A stretch of DNA of 44,890 bases, filler included, from Sphacelaria rigidula (taxonomy: Eukaryota): NCBI GenBank assembly GCA_964200075.2. It is 2 parts of 2 records of this genome, joined end to end, with 100 filler letters (N's around TTAATTAATTAA, not from the genome) between each part and the next. Parts side by side here need not be neighbours in the genome. Positions count along the whole stretch, not along the records: positions 22,501 to 44,890 come from CAXNAA020000338.1; 1 more part is not named here. One strand, 5' to 3'. The translations under genes and the position numbers were made by a program. The notes below the pieces were generated by a model. That model worked only from the letters and a program-made list of their open reading frames with translations, searched no databases and had not been told where the DNA came from. This document shows positions 35,250-44,890 of this stretch, in pieces. The stretch's first letter is position 1. Every line of letters begins with the position of its first letter.

Positions 35250-38200
35250 CAAAACGGAGAACGATTACTGCGTATTCCACAAGTGACAGGGCACCCATCT
35301 GGTGGACGTTTCGGACCGAAATGAGGTGATATGAGAAGTGTTCACTCCTCCCGTCCACATCGGCTTCATGGACTAGCTGGAGACTTTCATTCGAATAGTA
35401 CATTACTTCATGGGTCACTGAGGCAACCCGCGTAATGTTGACGTCATCACTATTCCGTGAAAGATGAAGGGTAGACGCATATCCCATCAAGCGCACCCGT
35501 TGATTAACTTATCAACATAGAACGCATTGATTGAGGTTAGGCAACAACCTCGTGTCCACACCCGGTTCACGCAGTGCGAAGACGTCGACGTCTTCCGAAT
35601 CCTGGAGGGGTGCTTTGTCTAGAACCATCGCCAGCAGATTTCCCGGGTACACCTTGAGGGTGGGAAGGAACAGCTTCTTTCATCACTACTTGAACATGCC
35701 TGCGTCTACATTTTTGTGGTAGTCTGAGTTGGCGGGTTTCTCGATCACCTCGTACGACATTTCTGCGTGAACAGCTTTTGGATTTTTAAACGGCAAGCGG
35801 GATTAATGTGCCGTCTTTCCGGGCTATTCGCGGGCAGCCTAGACTGTCTGGCCTGCCACCGGCAGCGCTGCCCACACCCTCCCCCTTCCCCTCATACCCG
35901 ACATCCTTCGCACGTCTCGCCTTCCGCTTTTCAGTGTATTCACAGCCGCTGCCGCTTTCCTGCTTTTCATCGGCCAAATTCGTATCCATCTTGTTGACCT
36001 CGGCACTTTTCTTCCCGCGCCAGGACCGTCGTCCGTCGTGTACGACGCCACTTCTTCCGCACATCCCCTCCCACAGCCGCCGTCGGCGCTGGCTCTGCCA
36101 CCCTCGTGTTCTCTACCGGCCAAACTCTTGGTCCTTGTTTTGGGTTCGATACTCTCCTCCCCCGCCGCTAGCGCCATCCCCCGTCTCGCTGTCGCATCCA
36201 CTCCGCGGCTTAATTTCTGCAGCTTTTCCCCCTCCGCCATCGGTGCCTCCATCGCCGTCTTCTTCATCGACCAGGCTTATAGCCCCGGTCTTGGCTAAGA
36301 AGGCTACCCCCCCTTCCCCTCCTCCCGCCGTAGGCGCTGTTTCCCTGCTACCGCGTGCCCTCCTATGGTTGTTGCCATTAGCAATACCTCCGCCGGCGCG
36401 ACAGCCGCCGTCAGCGTCGCAACGTTCCTGCTTCGCATCGATCACTCTCACAGTCTTAAAGTTGGCGGCGGCAACTCCCCCCAGACAATCGACGCCGTTC
36501 CTCTTCCCCCGCCAGATAGCACGCCACCGCTTTTTACCGCCGCTACTGCCCACTCCGCCGCCGCCGGCATCATCGCCCCGACCATCCTCCTTTTCGTCGG
36601 CCCCTCTCGAATTCCTTGTCGTGCCTCGTGTGCTCTGCCCCTGGCCATTACCAACACCGCCACCGCCACATTCCGGTTGCGTCGCGCCGCAAGCTACAAA
36701 CCATCGTTCAAATGTAGTGAAGCCGATAGCAGGGTAACAGTGTTCCGGAGCGACGAGAGGGCCGTCGCTCGCTATGGCGTACACATGATACGCTTCCATG
36801 CCGTAGCGGTGTTAAACCCGAGAAGTTTTGTCGTCGGGGAAGGTCGAAGTTGCGTTCCGGTAGTTCATGTGTAGATCAGACTCATCCATAAATGCGATGG
36901 TGCATCTTCCCGTCAATTGCTGGCACTCCGAGTCCGAGGACTCTAATACAAACTCGCGTCTTCGCGCTATGCGTTCGGGCGTCACCTGGCTACCCCATTC
37001 ACACGCCTGGCGGTTACAGCCAATCTCTTCTCCCCAGCGCGCCACCGTAGCTACGAATACTGCTACAGGCTGTCGGTCTGTCTCCGGGGTCATCGGGGTT
37101 TCGTTCGCTGAAGAGCGACCGTTGAAGGAGATTTCCACTCCTGCGCAGGTTGCAATGAACTGACCCATTTCTCCTCTCACATCTTTGTGGGTCAGGAATA
37201 ACAATGAGACTCATCTCTCATCGATTGCATCCTGCCAACCGCACTCTCCGCTTCCATCGAATCGCAAGCCGAACCCTTCGACCATCGCATGCCCAGCCCC
37301 CAGCTGGTCTTCGACTTTCTTCCATCGTGGTGTATTGGTGCGATATCCATGCGGGGGACTAAACAATTGGCGCGAGAACAACCGAGCCTGTCGGGAGGAG
37401 ACACAGTGTACAAATGTATGACGTGCCCCCACGCCTCGCGTGGACAACCGAGCATCATGATTTGTTCAACTAGAGGTACAAATGTAACCTTCTCCACCGT
37501 GATATTCCATGCCGTGGTGGCCTCCTCTACCATCGTCACACCAAATCGCATGTGCAAATCTACTTTCCTCTCACCGTGTACTTTGATCGGGAGGAGAATG
37601 GAAAGAGCATCTTGAATGCGCTCCTGCCTGAAGTATGAAGTCAATTGCAATAGAAACAACATGAGTTGCTGGCGCAACACTCTTCCCCCCCTGACGACAT
37701 CCCACGGCACCATGCTGTTGTGATTTATGACATGGAATGTGCCTGACTGGGCCCTGCGGCCCGCTGATGAAGGAGGCAAATATAGCTGTCGTTGTCGTGC
37801 CTGCGCCTTCACATGACTTTCTCCCCCAGGGTCCTTCCTCCGTTGGCCCTGGACTACGACCCTCCGACTGGAATGCCCTAGACAACGCTGCGCCTGGAAA
37901 TGATGCATCCACCAAGAGTAAGCTGGCATCCTCCTCCCGCTGAACCTCCAATGCCCGTGGCAGTAATTTCAGAGTGTCGTGAGTGGGTGTTGCTTGACTG
38001 TGCCCCCGTTGTTGGAATGTCGTTCGTCTCCGGTGGAGACATTGTGCCTTTTTCGTTTGGTGTTGGTGATGATTTTGGCACGGTCCGCCGTGTAGTCCGC
38101 GGCCTGCCACAGCCTGATGTGAGTATTTCCGCGGATGAGCGACTGGTGGCAAGAATTGGTGAGACATCATACCAGGATCCTCGTACATGTTTTCTGGCAG

Positions 38201-38470
38201 TGCAAGAATTAACAGATGTAGATTAATATGATATGTCTGTTGTTGTGCATGCCGCCAACGAACGGCCGTTTTTGGTTGGCAAAGCTCGACGAGAGGTGGA
38301 TGCTCACTTTTTTCACGTTTGCGTTGCCGATGCAGACGAGACTGTGAAGAGCAACCGCCGCGTGGCAGGGCATCACCCTGCCGGGGGTATCGGCACCGGG
38401 TTCGGGGTGCTTGGGGGCGAAGGGGCGGAGGACTGGTGTTCCGTGACAGCTGGGATTGCGCGCGGCATAT
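35250..38470 (-). mobile_element. Decayed Tc1/IS630-like DDE transposase with long N-terminal region and low-complexity insert
   Basis: ERIARRREFV...IAFMDESDLH (first Asp, about 36890), YAIASDGPLV, and SDYHKNVDAGMF...LFLPTL...MVLDKAP (second Asp, about 35620); many stops and frameshifts. Confidence 0.65.
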
Positions 38471-38689
38471 CATCATAGCAGAACCCGCGGACGACATATG
38501 CGCAGGAAGAGAGAAGGAGAGATTGATGAGTTTGGTGGAGACCTCAACACAACGGTGCCAGTGAATAACCTAGGGAACTTGATTCGGTCTTCTGGACTAT
38601 ACTACGACAGAGGCGATGAGCAGGGGACGCTTACTATCTCGATGCAGACGTGTGCGGAGGAGTTCGCAGACGAGTACCGGGTAGTGTAG
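38470..38689 (+). mobile_element. Ty1/copia reverse transcriptase fragment
   Basis: ADDICAG (HVDD-like), then after a frameshift DEFGGDLNTTVPVNNLGNLIRSSGLYYDRGDEQGTLTISMQTCAEEFADEY, an RVT_2-like LG.L..Y.G....RD...G.L.ISQ pattern. Confidence 0.7.
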
Positions 38690-38699
38690 GGGGCGTACT

Positions 38700-38831
38700 C
38701 ATTTGTTGCTTGCCTTAGTCGTGTGACCATTGACCACGCATCCCTTTCGAGACGTAGCACCCGGGAATCGAACCCCCGAACTCAACCATCAGAAGGTTGC
38801 GAGGTTACCAACTGAGCCACCAGGGCGACCG
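38700..38831 (-). mobile_element. tRNA-derived SINE head (or tRNA pseudogene)
   Basis: Minus strand GTCGCCCTGGTGGCTCAGTTGGTAACC...GGGGGTTCGATTCCCGGGTGC has Pol III A box TGGCTCAGTTGG and B box GGTTCGATTCC; the acceptor and anticodon arms are imperfect. Confidence 0.65.
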
Positions 38832-40167
38832 GGGGGGGGGGGGGGAATTTGGCAGCGAGGGGGGGGTCGGTTGCTAGAAAAGCGGAAAAAAAAAAAATAT
38901 AAACNNNNNNNNNNGGGAGGGACGGGCGGCGCGCGGAGGCGTGGGGGGTGCGGTGGGGGGGCGGGGGGGGGGGCGGGGGGGGGGTGGGGGGGGGGGGGGG
39001 GGGGGGGATTTTGGCAGCGAGGCGGGGGTCTGTTCGCAGAACAGCCGAAAAGCTCATGATATCAACTATATGTGTTCGGGACCTTCCCACCGAAAATCCA
39101 AGTCAGGGACGACGCCCAAGCGGAGCGCAGTGACCATTTTGACAGCTGTGATCGGTCAGAATAGTCACTCGTTCCCTACAGATGAGCTACAGATGAACTA
39201 CCTCGCAGGCTAGCCGTACATCTCATTCCGGTCATGACCATTCAACTACAGATAACATGGGCAGAAACAGCATGCCTGTTACGATACTCGTGGTCTTTGT
39301 CGCCTGCCTGATCCCTTTTGTGTTGCCAGCATAGCTTCACAATGTCGTGTTGTGGAACACTAGGCGGAGAAATCAGCAGCATGCAGTAGGCTGTTCAGTA
39401 GCGAACGATGGCACGCTGACTGTTTCTGGCCGTTATGTTCACGAAGACGCACAGCACACGTCTTGACTCTGGACGCACTTGACTGAAAGGTGAAAACGGT
39501 CAGGGGTTCTCCGGGACCGTTTTTTACATAGATGCACAACATGCAACATTGTGTGTACGAGCTGGGCCAGCCTAGACACGGATTTAAGCTCTCAAAGCAA
39601 TATATCGCCGAAACGAACGAGTCGGGCCATGATCTGCATGTTGTATTAATTTTCTAACCAAGGGAAGGTGTCCATCTGCTCAAAATTTTGGGCCCGTATT
39701 TTCTCGTTCATCAAGCCCCATATCTAGTAATTCCTATACCTTAGGGAGATAGCGCCCATACTAAAATCTCTACGGAACCCCCGATCGATACATTCAGCGG
39801 ATGACGACGAATTTTGGTGTGGACATTCCCTGGAGCAAAGGGAGACGATAGATACCCTCACCTTCACCTAATTTGTAATCTATCTCGAAATATGGCGCAC
39901 ATAAGTTTACATACTAAAATCAGTATATTACGAGCAGATGCGCTAGATTAGCTAAATCTGGATATCGCGTCTCAGTTTTTGAGAGTTATGCTAAAAAGAA
40001 TGTATGGAGAACCGATAGTGCATAATAGAGCTTGTAAACACAGCTTTTTCATTTTTTTCGGGTTTTTGGGGCAGTTTTGAGGAGAAATGGACACTGCTTT
40101 TGGGCCTCATCTCAATTTTTTAGTTCAATTTTTAGAATTGTAATTTGAAACCCAGGATAAAGAACCA

Positions 40168-40302
40168 CAGAGGTATGCTGAATTGAAAAAAAAAATGGGC
40201 TCTCAGTTTTTGTTTGGGGGGGAGAGAGGTTCGGGCAGAGGTATGCTGAATAATAAAAAATGGGTCCTCAGTTTTTTGGGGGGGGGAGGAGAGGTTCGGG
40301 GG
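40168..40302. repeat. Two copies of an about 68 bp direct repeat
   Basis: CAGAGGTATGCTGAAT..AAAAATGGG..CTCAGTTTTT..GGGGG..GAGAGGTTCGGG occurs twice. Confidence 0.75.
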
Positions 40303-40507
40303 TTCTCGTAAAACAATAGCGGTTTCCGTACTAAAACGCCCTAAACCAGTGAAAAAATAAGAAAAAAGCAACCTGACCCACTTTGTTTTGTCAATTACGC
40401 CCTAGCCACGGCCCACACAAAGTTTCAATACACAAACACCAAACGTGGACCGGTAAGTGGCCTGCAAAATACTTTTCCGAATTTTTTCTGACCCCGTCAC
40501 TAAACGA

Positions 40508-40776
40508 CCCATTATACGGCCAATACTTGGAGTTGGACCCTGAAATTTGGTATGGACAATGAATAGGGCATAATGAAAAAAAATTACCAGTGCACACAAG
40601 TTTTTTTTTTTTCATGAGTTAAGGGCAATAATCAGTTTTCAGATATCGGTAAAATGCCCCCAACTCATGGGGAAAAAAACAACCTTGTGTGCACTGGTAT
40701 TTTTTTCGTTATGCCCTATTCATTGTCCATACCAAATTTCAGGGTCCAACTCTATAAACATTGGCCGTATAATGGG
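40508..40776. mobile_element. Foldback/MITE-like palindromic element, about 270 bp
   Basis: CCCATTATACGGCCAAT...CCAGTGCACACAAG (40508-40600) is inverted at 40684-40776; the inner CATGAGTT..GGGCA / TGCCC..AACTCATG also pairs. Confidence 0.85.
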
Positions 40777-40899
40777 CCTGCAAACTACAGAATCGCTTCT
40801 CGGCTGGCCCAGCTCGTGGCGAGAAAAGAGTTATTCAGAACCCATGAGGTTCCATAGTCCATCTGAGTCCGTTTGAGGAGGGTTCGCATGCTAAGGTAG

Positions 40900-41418
40900 T
40901 GCTGTTCCTTTTCAATATCATGGAGGCATTTTACAGCGATTATGATTCATCATCCGCGGCATCCATTGGAGTTGGTCATGCTCCAAGGTCTTAAATATGC
41001 TGAGACTAGAGGGACAGATGTCCTTAGAAGAGAGGTGTGTAGAGTAGTCCATCTCTAGCACACGTGCAGGTGCATGAGGAGCTGCAGGTTGATGAATGGA
41101 GGTTTGGATACGAAGTTTGCATCATCATGTTAGGTCATGAGACGTTCTCTGGAGTATGACTATGACTGCTTGACATCATATGTGTCCACGGAGGTGCAAC
41201 AGATCACCTCCGATAGCGAAGACTCTGCGTTTGTGAACAACATCTGTTTTGTAGTCTCCAGGCCCTGGTGAGGGAGGAAGCCCTTGGAGCAGTCTTTTGA
41301 CCTCGCTCTGAGTCCAGGAGGGGTCTAGAATAGACGTTTGTTCAGGGAACCCGCTGGTTTCTGGGGAAGTGTTTTTGCAGCTACGGAGAGATTTTGCAAA
41401 ATATTTTGTATTGTACAC
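40900..41418 (-). mobile_element. Possible LINE ORF2 fragment (pre-RT region)
   Basis: YFAKSL...LDPSWTQSEVKRLLQGLPPSPGPGD resembles P.T..EV...L..L...KSPGPDG. Confidence 0.4.
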
Positions 41419-41429
41419 AGAGAGGTGTG

Positions 41430-42700
41430 CAGTTTGTAACGCGAGGCAGCTCGTTGAACAGAGGGACGCCTACGTTGGCTAGAAGCATTGAGAGCAGCTA
41501 AGGAAGAATGGGAGCGCGTAGGTAAGGTGGTGGGAGCGATGAAGGCGATGAGGTGACGTTGAAGTATACTGAGCTTGTGCCAGGTGGATCACTAAAAGCA
41601 CCGGAGTACGGATGACATTTCAGCGAAGATGCCTCGAGACGGTTTTTTCAGAAGTATAAGGATTACGATGAAATCCTACAATCGAGCAATGAGGGGCGCA
41701 CAGTACAAGCCGCGTCACCAACCGTGACAGGACTCGTGCCTAAGCACATTCGTGCGTGTCGGTCTTGTACAATATTTGATGGATCGGTACTCGATGATGA
41801 TGATCTGAAGGAGGCACTAGGCCGACATGCAAAATGTTGGATAAATACAGATATCAATCCTTCAGTTGCTGCAGTTGGTGTGCGGAAGGCGTTGGCCGCC
41901 CGCAACGAGCCGACTACCATGGTTAGAATCGAGGGGCAGTGGAGTGCTCTCGAGGAGTTTTTTGCCAAGAATGCGAGCATCGAGCGCGCGTTCTGCGAGG
42001 ACGAGACGTTCGAAGCAGGACCCGCTCAAACAATTACGCGGGAATTGCTCGCCGGCATGTCCCCCCCTGAATTCGAGACAAAAGTTATCACCATGTTGCA
42101 CATGAAGGGGGTGTGGAAAGAGGACCCTGGGCTGGTGTAAGATACGGCTCGGGAAGCAGCAGAGGCATGGAAGTCGGTTGAAGCGGCTGATAAACAGCGT
42201 CGTCACCAGCCGCAGCGGCAGCGGGACCTCCGGGTCCAAGCGCCAACCGAATGGTGAAAAAACGGCGACCACTGGCAGTGAGACTGCCAGTTCCGGGAAA
42301 TCTCGGGAACCGGGCCCAAGCTATGCAGGTTGTTTCTCATGTGGAGACAAGGGCCACTTCCTGAAGGATTGCAAGCAGCAAAGCCAAGCTGCTGCTCCAC
42401 AACATACTGTAGGTGGGCAGTCAAAGGCCGGCGACACGCAGCAACAACAGCAGCAGCTGTCGCAGGGTCCTGGACAGGTGCCTCGAGGTGGGGGGGGTCC
42501 CAGCAGTGGAGCGATGCTGCCGCCAGAATCGGTCGTTTCTACTGGTGGCGTACAGCAGACCGTGTCGGGGGAAACAGTCCCTGGCTGGAGGCCTGAGGCG
42601 GTGTCGTCGTGGAGATCGCTTAACCCTTTTGGGGCCGGGCCTCCAGGACGACCAAGAGGCTGGTCAGGAATGACGTGTCTGGCGCCCAAACGAAACAGTG
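41430..42700 (+). mobile_element. Decayed LTR-retrotransposon gag with CCHC zinc knuckle
   Basis: ORFs 41724-42140 and 42178-42765 are separated by a stop and a frameshift; CFSCGDKGHFLKDC = CX2CX4HX4C, followed by a Q-rich linker. Confidence 0.75.
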
Positions 42701-44890
42701 GCGTGCTGCTGAAAAACCGCGTATGTAACCAAAGGGTTATAACGAAGACCGAAAGTTTCATCTAGTCTATTTTCAGGTGCAGGGTGCGCATTAGGTGGTG
42801 TACATCTGATGTAGCAAGCAGTACGTGTTGCGGTAGAGAACTCCCAACAGTATACGACGACCGGCGGGCTGCCCGCCACTTGTGGCTTTGGATGATACGT
42901 TTGTCCCAGCCACCTTGCCACACAGCCCTTTGTGGTCGGGGTGGGCCGCCATTTCTCCCTTTGTTGCATGCGGCAAATTATCTTCGAAGGGTATCAGCGT
43001 TGCGGCGCGCATTCATACAACAGTATATTACAGTACAGTGTAGTACGCCTCTCCGACTGAAGCAGCAGCTGCCGCTGCTCACTCTTTTTCACGTTCCGGG
43101 CAATTCTCAGCTACCGAGATCAACTACCTATGCGCCGCTTCTTCATCCCCGCCCACTACATACATGTTAGCTGCACCCTGCAAGTCATCGGTAGAGGGAT
43201 GAGCAGAACTCATGACAGTAGATCCTTTTGTCTTTCTACAGCCCACCTGGTGTTAGGGCGCGGTGAAAATGACCACACTGTAGCATGTACACTCCTTCCC
43301 GGCTTTTCCGGTCGACCCTGTCTTAGTGTAAACTACTACGTTTTAGTAGGGAATTGAGACCCAAAAAACCGACCGGAAAACTCGGGGACGCTATACTGAC
43401 TGCAAGTAATACCATATAATCAAGCTCCGACCGCCCTGCGCTTGGAAACCTGCGGAGGCTTATCTGGGCCAGGGATAGGGTCCCCACACGATCTTTTCAG
43501 TGGCATCATACTCGCCAACAACCCCAGCACTGGTCGTTCAGGTCTGGTCGATAAGTTTCGCCTCGCCGTGATTGGGCAGGTCGCTCGAAGCTTAGTTTTT
43601 TGAAAAAACGGGCTTACGGAGCTAATCAATTCTCATCACTTCATTGGCGGCGGAAAACCGTTCGCGACCCGTCCCATGCATCTCCTTCGGGGTGACGGGA
43701 ATTCACGTCCCATTCCGTCCCAAAAGTAGCCTGACGAGCTCCGTATTGTGGCACACCGGTGACGGCTATGGCGTGCTTGGGCAGTGGGGGGAAGGTCGGC
43801 TCGATATGTTGTTGCTCAACACAGCACTTGATACGATAGAGTATACTGTACAGTACAATATGCTGCATTCACGGACGGTCGGTTCTGTGATGCGTGGGAG
43901 GACGGCCTGCTTAGGAGACCGCATCGTGGTTCAAAACACCTCAAGATCGACGTTTCTCAAAACCAATCGGACCAGTCCTTGCAGGGACCATGCCCCTGAC
44001 CCTAACCCCAACACTATCCCTACCCTTAACTCTAACCATAGGGATGTATAAATTCCGATGCTCCAATACTTCCTCCAATACTTCACAGTCACGGCAGTTC
44101 AACCATACATCATATGGTGGGTGAGCACAAATCACGCCTTTGTGGAGCGAGACGAGAGCTGTTCTGAGTCCCAACCGTGACAGAGTCATATCAGTCCATT
44201 TGCGCGGAGGGGTCGCTATCTCAGGGTTAACGGGATTTGTTTCAGTCAAGACCTTCACAGGGCTATGTTTCTGCATCCCGATCTTCACGGGGTTGGGTGA
44301 GGCCCAAACTGCGCATATGCGTTGGTGCAGTATCACCGAAGTAATCCCCAACCCACACCATACCTCGAACAAAAACCGCGTCAAAGCCGGTGTGATGATC
44401 TGGGACACGGAGGAATACACCGAAATGGTAATCGTCTGTACTGTACGCATACGGGTAGTGCGTCAGCGAACAGGGCAAATGTTTTGAAATTCGGGGCAAC
44501 TATTGAACTGAAGCAATCGAGCCATCGCGGCACCGCAGAGACTACTACTGTTGTTCTTGCCGTTGGTCTTGGCGCGGTAGGTACTGAACGGACAAAAGCA
44601 GTAGAACTCGCTGCGGACAAAAGCAGCGGAGTTTACGCGAACCTTCTAATATATTGTATAGCCATGAGTGAAACAGAGTTGAGCCGAGCTTGAGGATTAA
44701 ACCCTTCAACAGCGAGCGTAGGTCACCTGCTGAATCGGCTTCAATTTCACTTGAAAAAGCATGCGTGGTCTAGATAGACTACCCGCATCGCGGTCTAAGG
44801 ATGACGCTCACACAGCGTAATATACATGTTTTTTTTTTTTTTTCCCCAGAGGACAGGAAGGAACCTTTTATCCATAAAATTTGCTTTTTC

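Noticed and set aside
35808-36737. 309-aa Pro-rich plus-strand ORF
   Set aside because: Antisense to the GC-rich insert of the Tc1-like element.
38830-39025. G-rich tracts as G-quadruplex or Gly/Pro-rich ORFs
   Set aside because: They flank a small N gap with a duplicated TTTGGCAGCGAGG segment, typical of low-quality read ends.
39000-39060. MSFSAVLR as the first exon of the OMPDC gene
   Set aside because: No LCVGLDP motif follows.
43941-44450. 169-aa minus-strand ORF
   Set aside because: No recognisable motif and not OMPDC-like; cannot be supported as a gene.

Overview
Eukaryotic, intron-rich and transposon-dense DNA. It is most likely a stramenopile such as a brown alga; this is inferred from the exon style and protein types and is not proven. 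An assembly gap (N-run with a TTAATTAATTAA spacer, 22401-22500) splits the window. LEFT of the gap: a highly diverged, apparently decaying p300/CBP-type (KAT3, HAT_KAT11) acetyltransferase gene on + (about 4.8-19.2 kb). I rebuilt it exon by exon from phase-compatible GT-AG junctions, in the canonical order bromo-like, RING, PHD, HAT, ZZ, TAZ2-like. It lies head-to-head with a decayed minus-strand gene (about 0.3-3.8 kb) carrying AlkB-type 2OG-Fe(II) dioxygenase motifs followed by SRA/YDG-like motifs. RIGHT of the gap: four intact internal exons of an OMP decarboxylase (PyrF/UMP synthase) gene on -. Its very large introns are filled with decayed elements: a frameshifted SET-domain gene, piggyBac-like and Tc1/IS630-like transposase remnants, a copia RT fragment, an LTR gag with a zinc knuckle, a LINE fragment, a tRNA-derived SINE and several MITEs. 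A family of non-autonomous TIR elements built from about 42-43 bp periodic units recurs. All protein calls are by-eye motif recognition; no database search was run.
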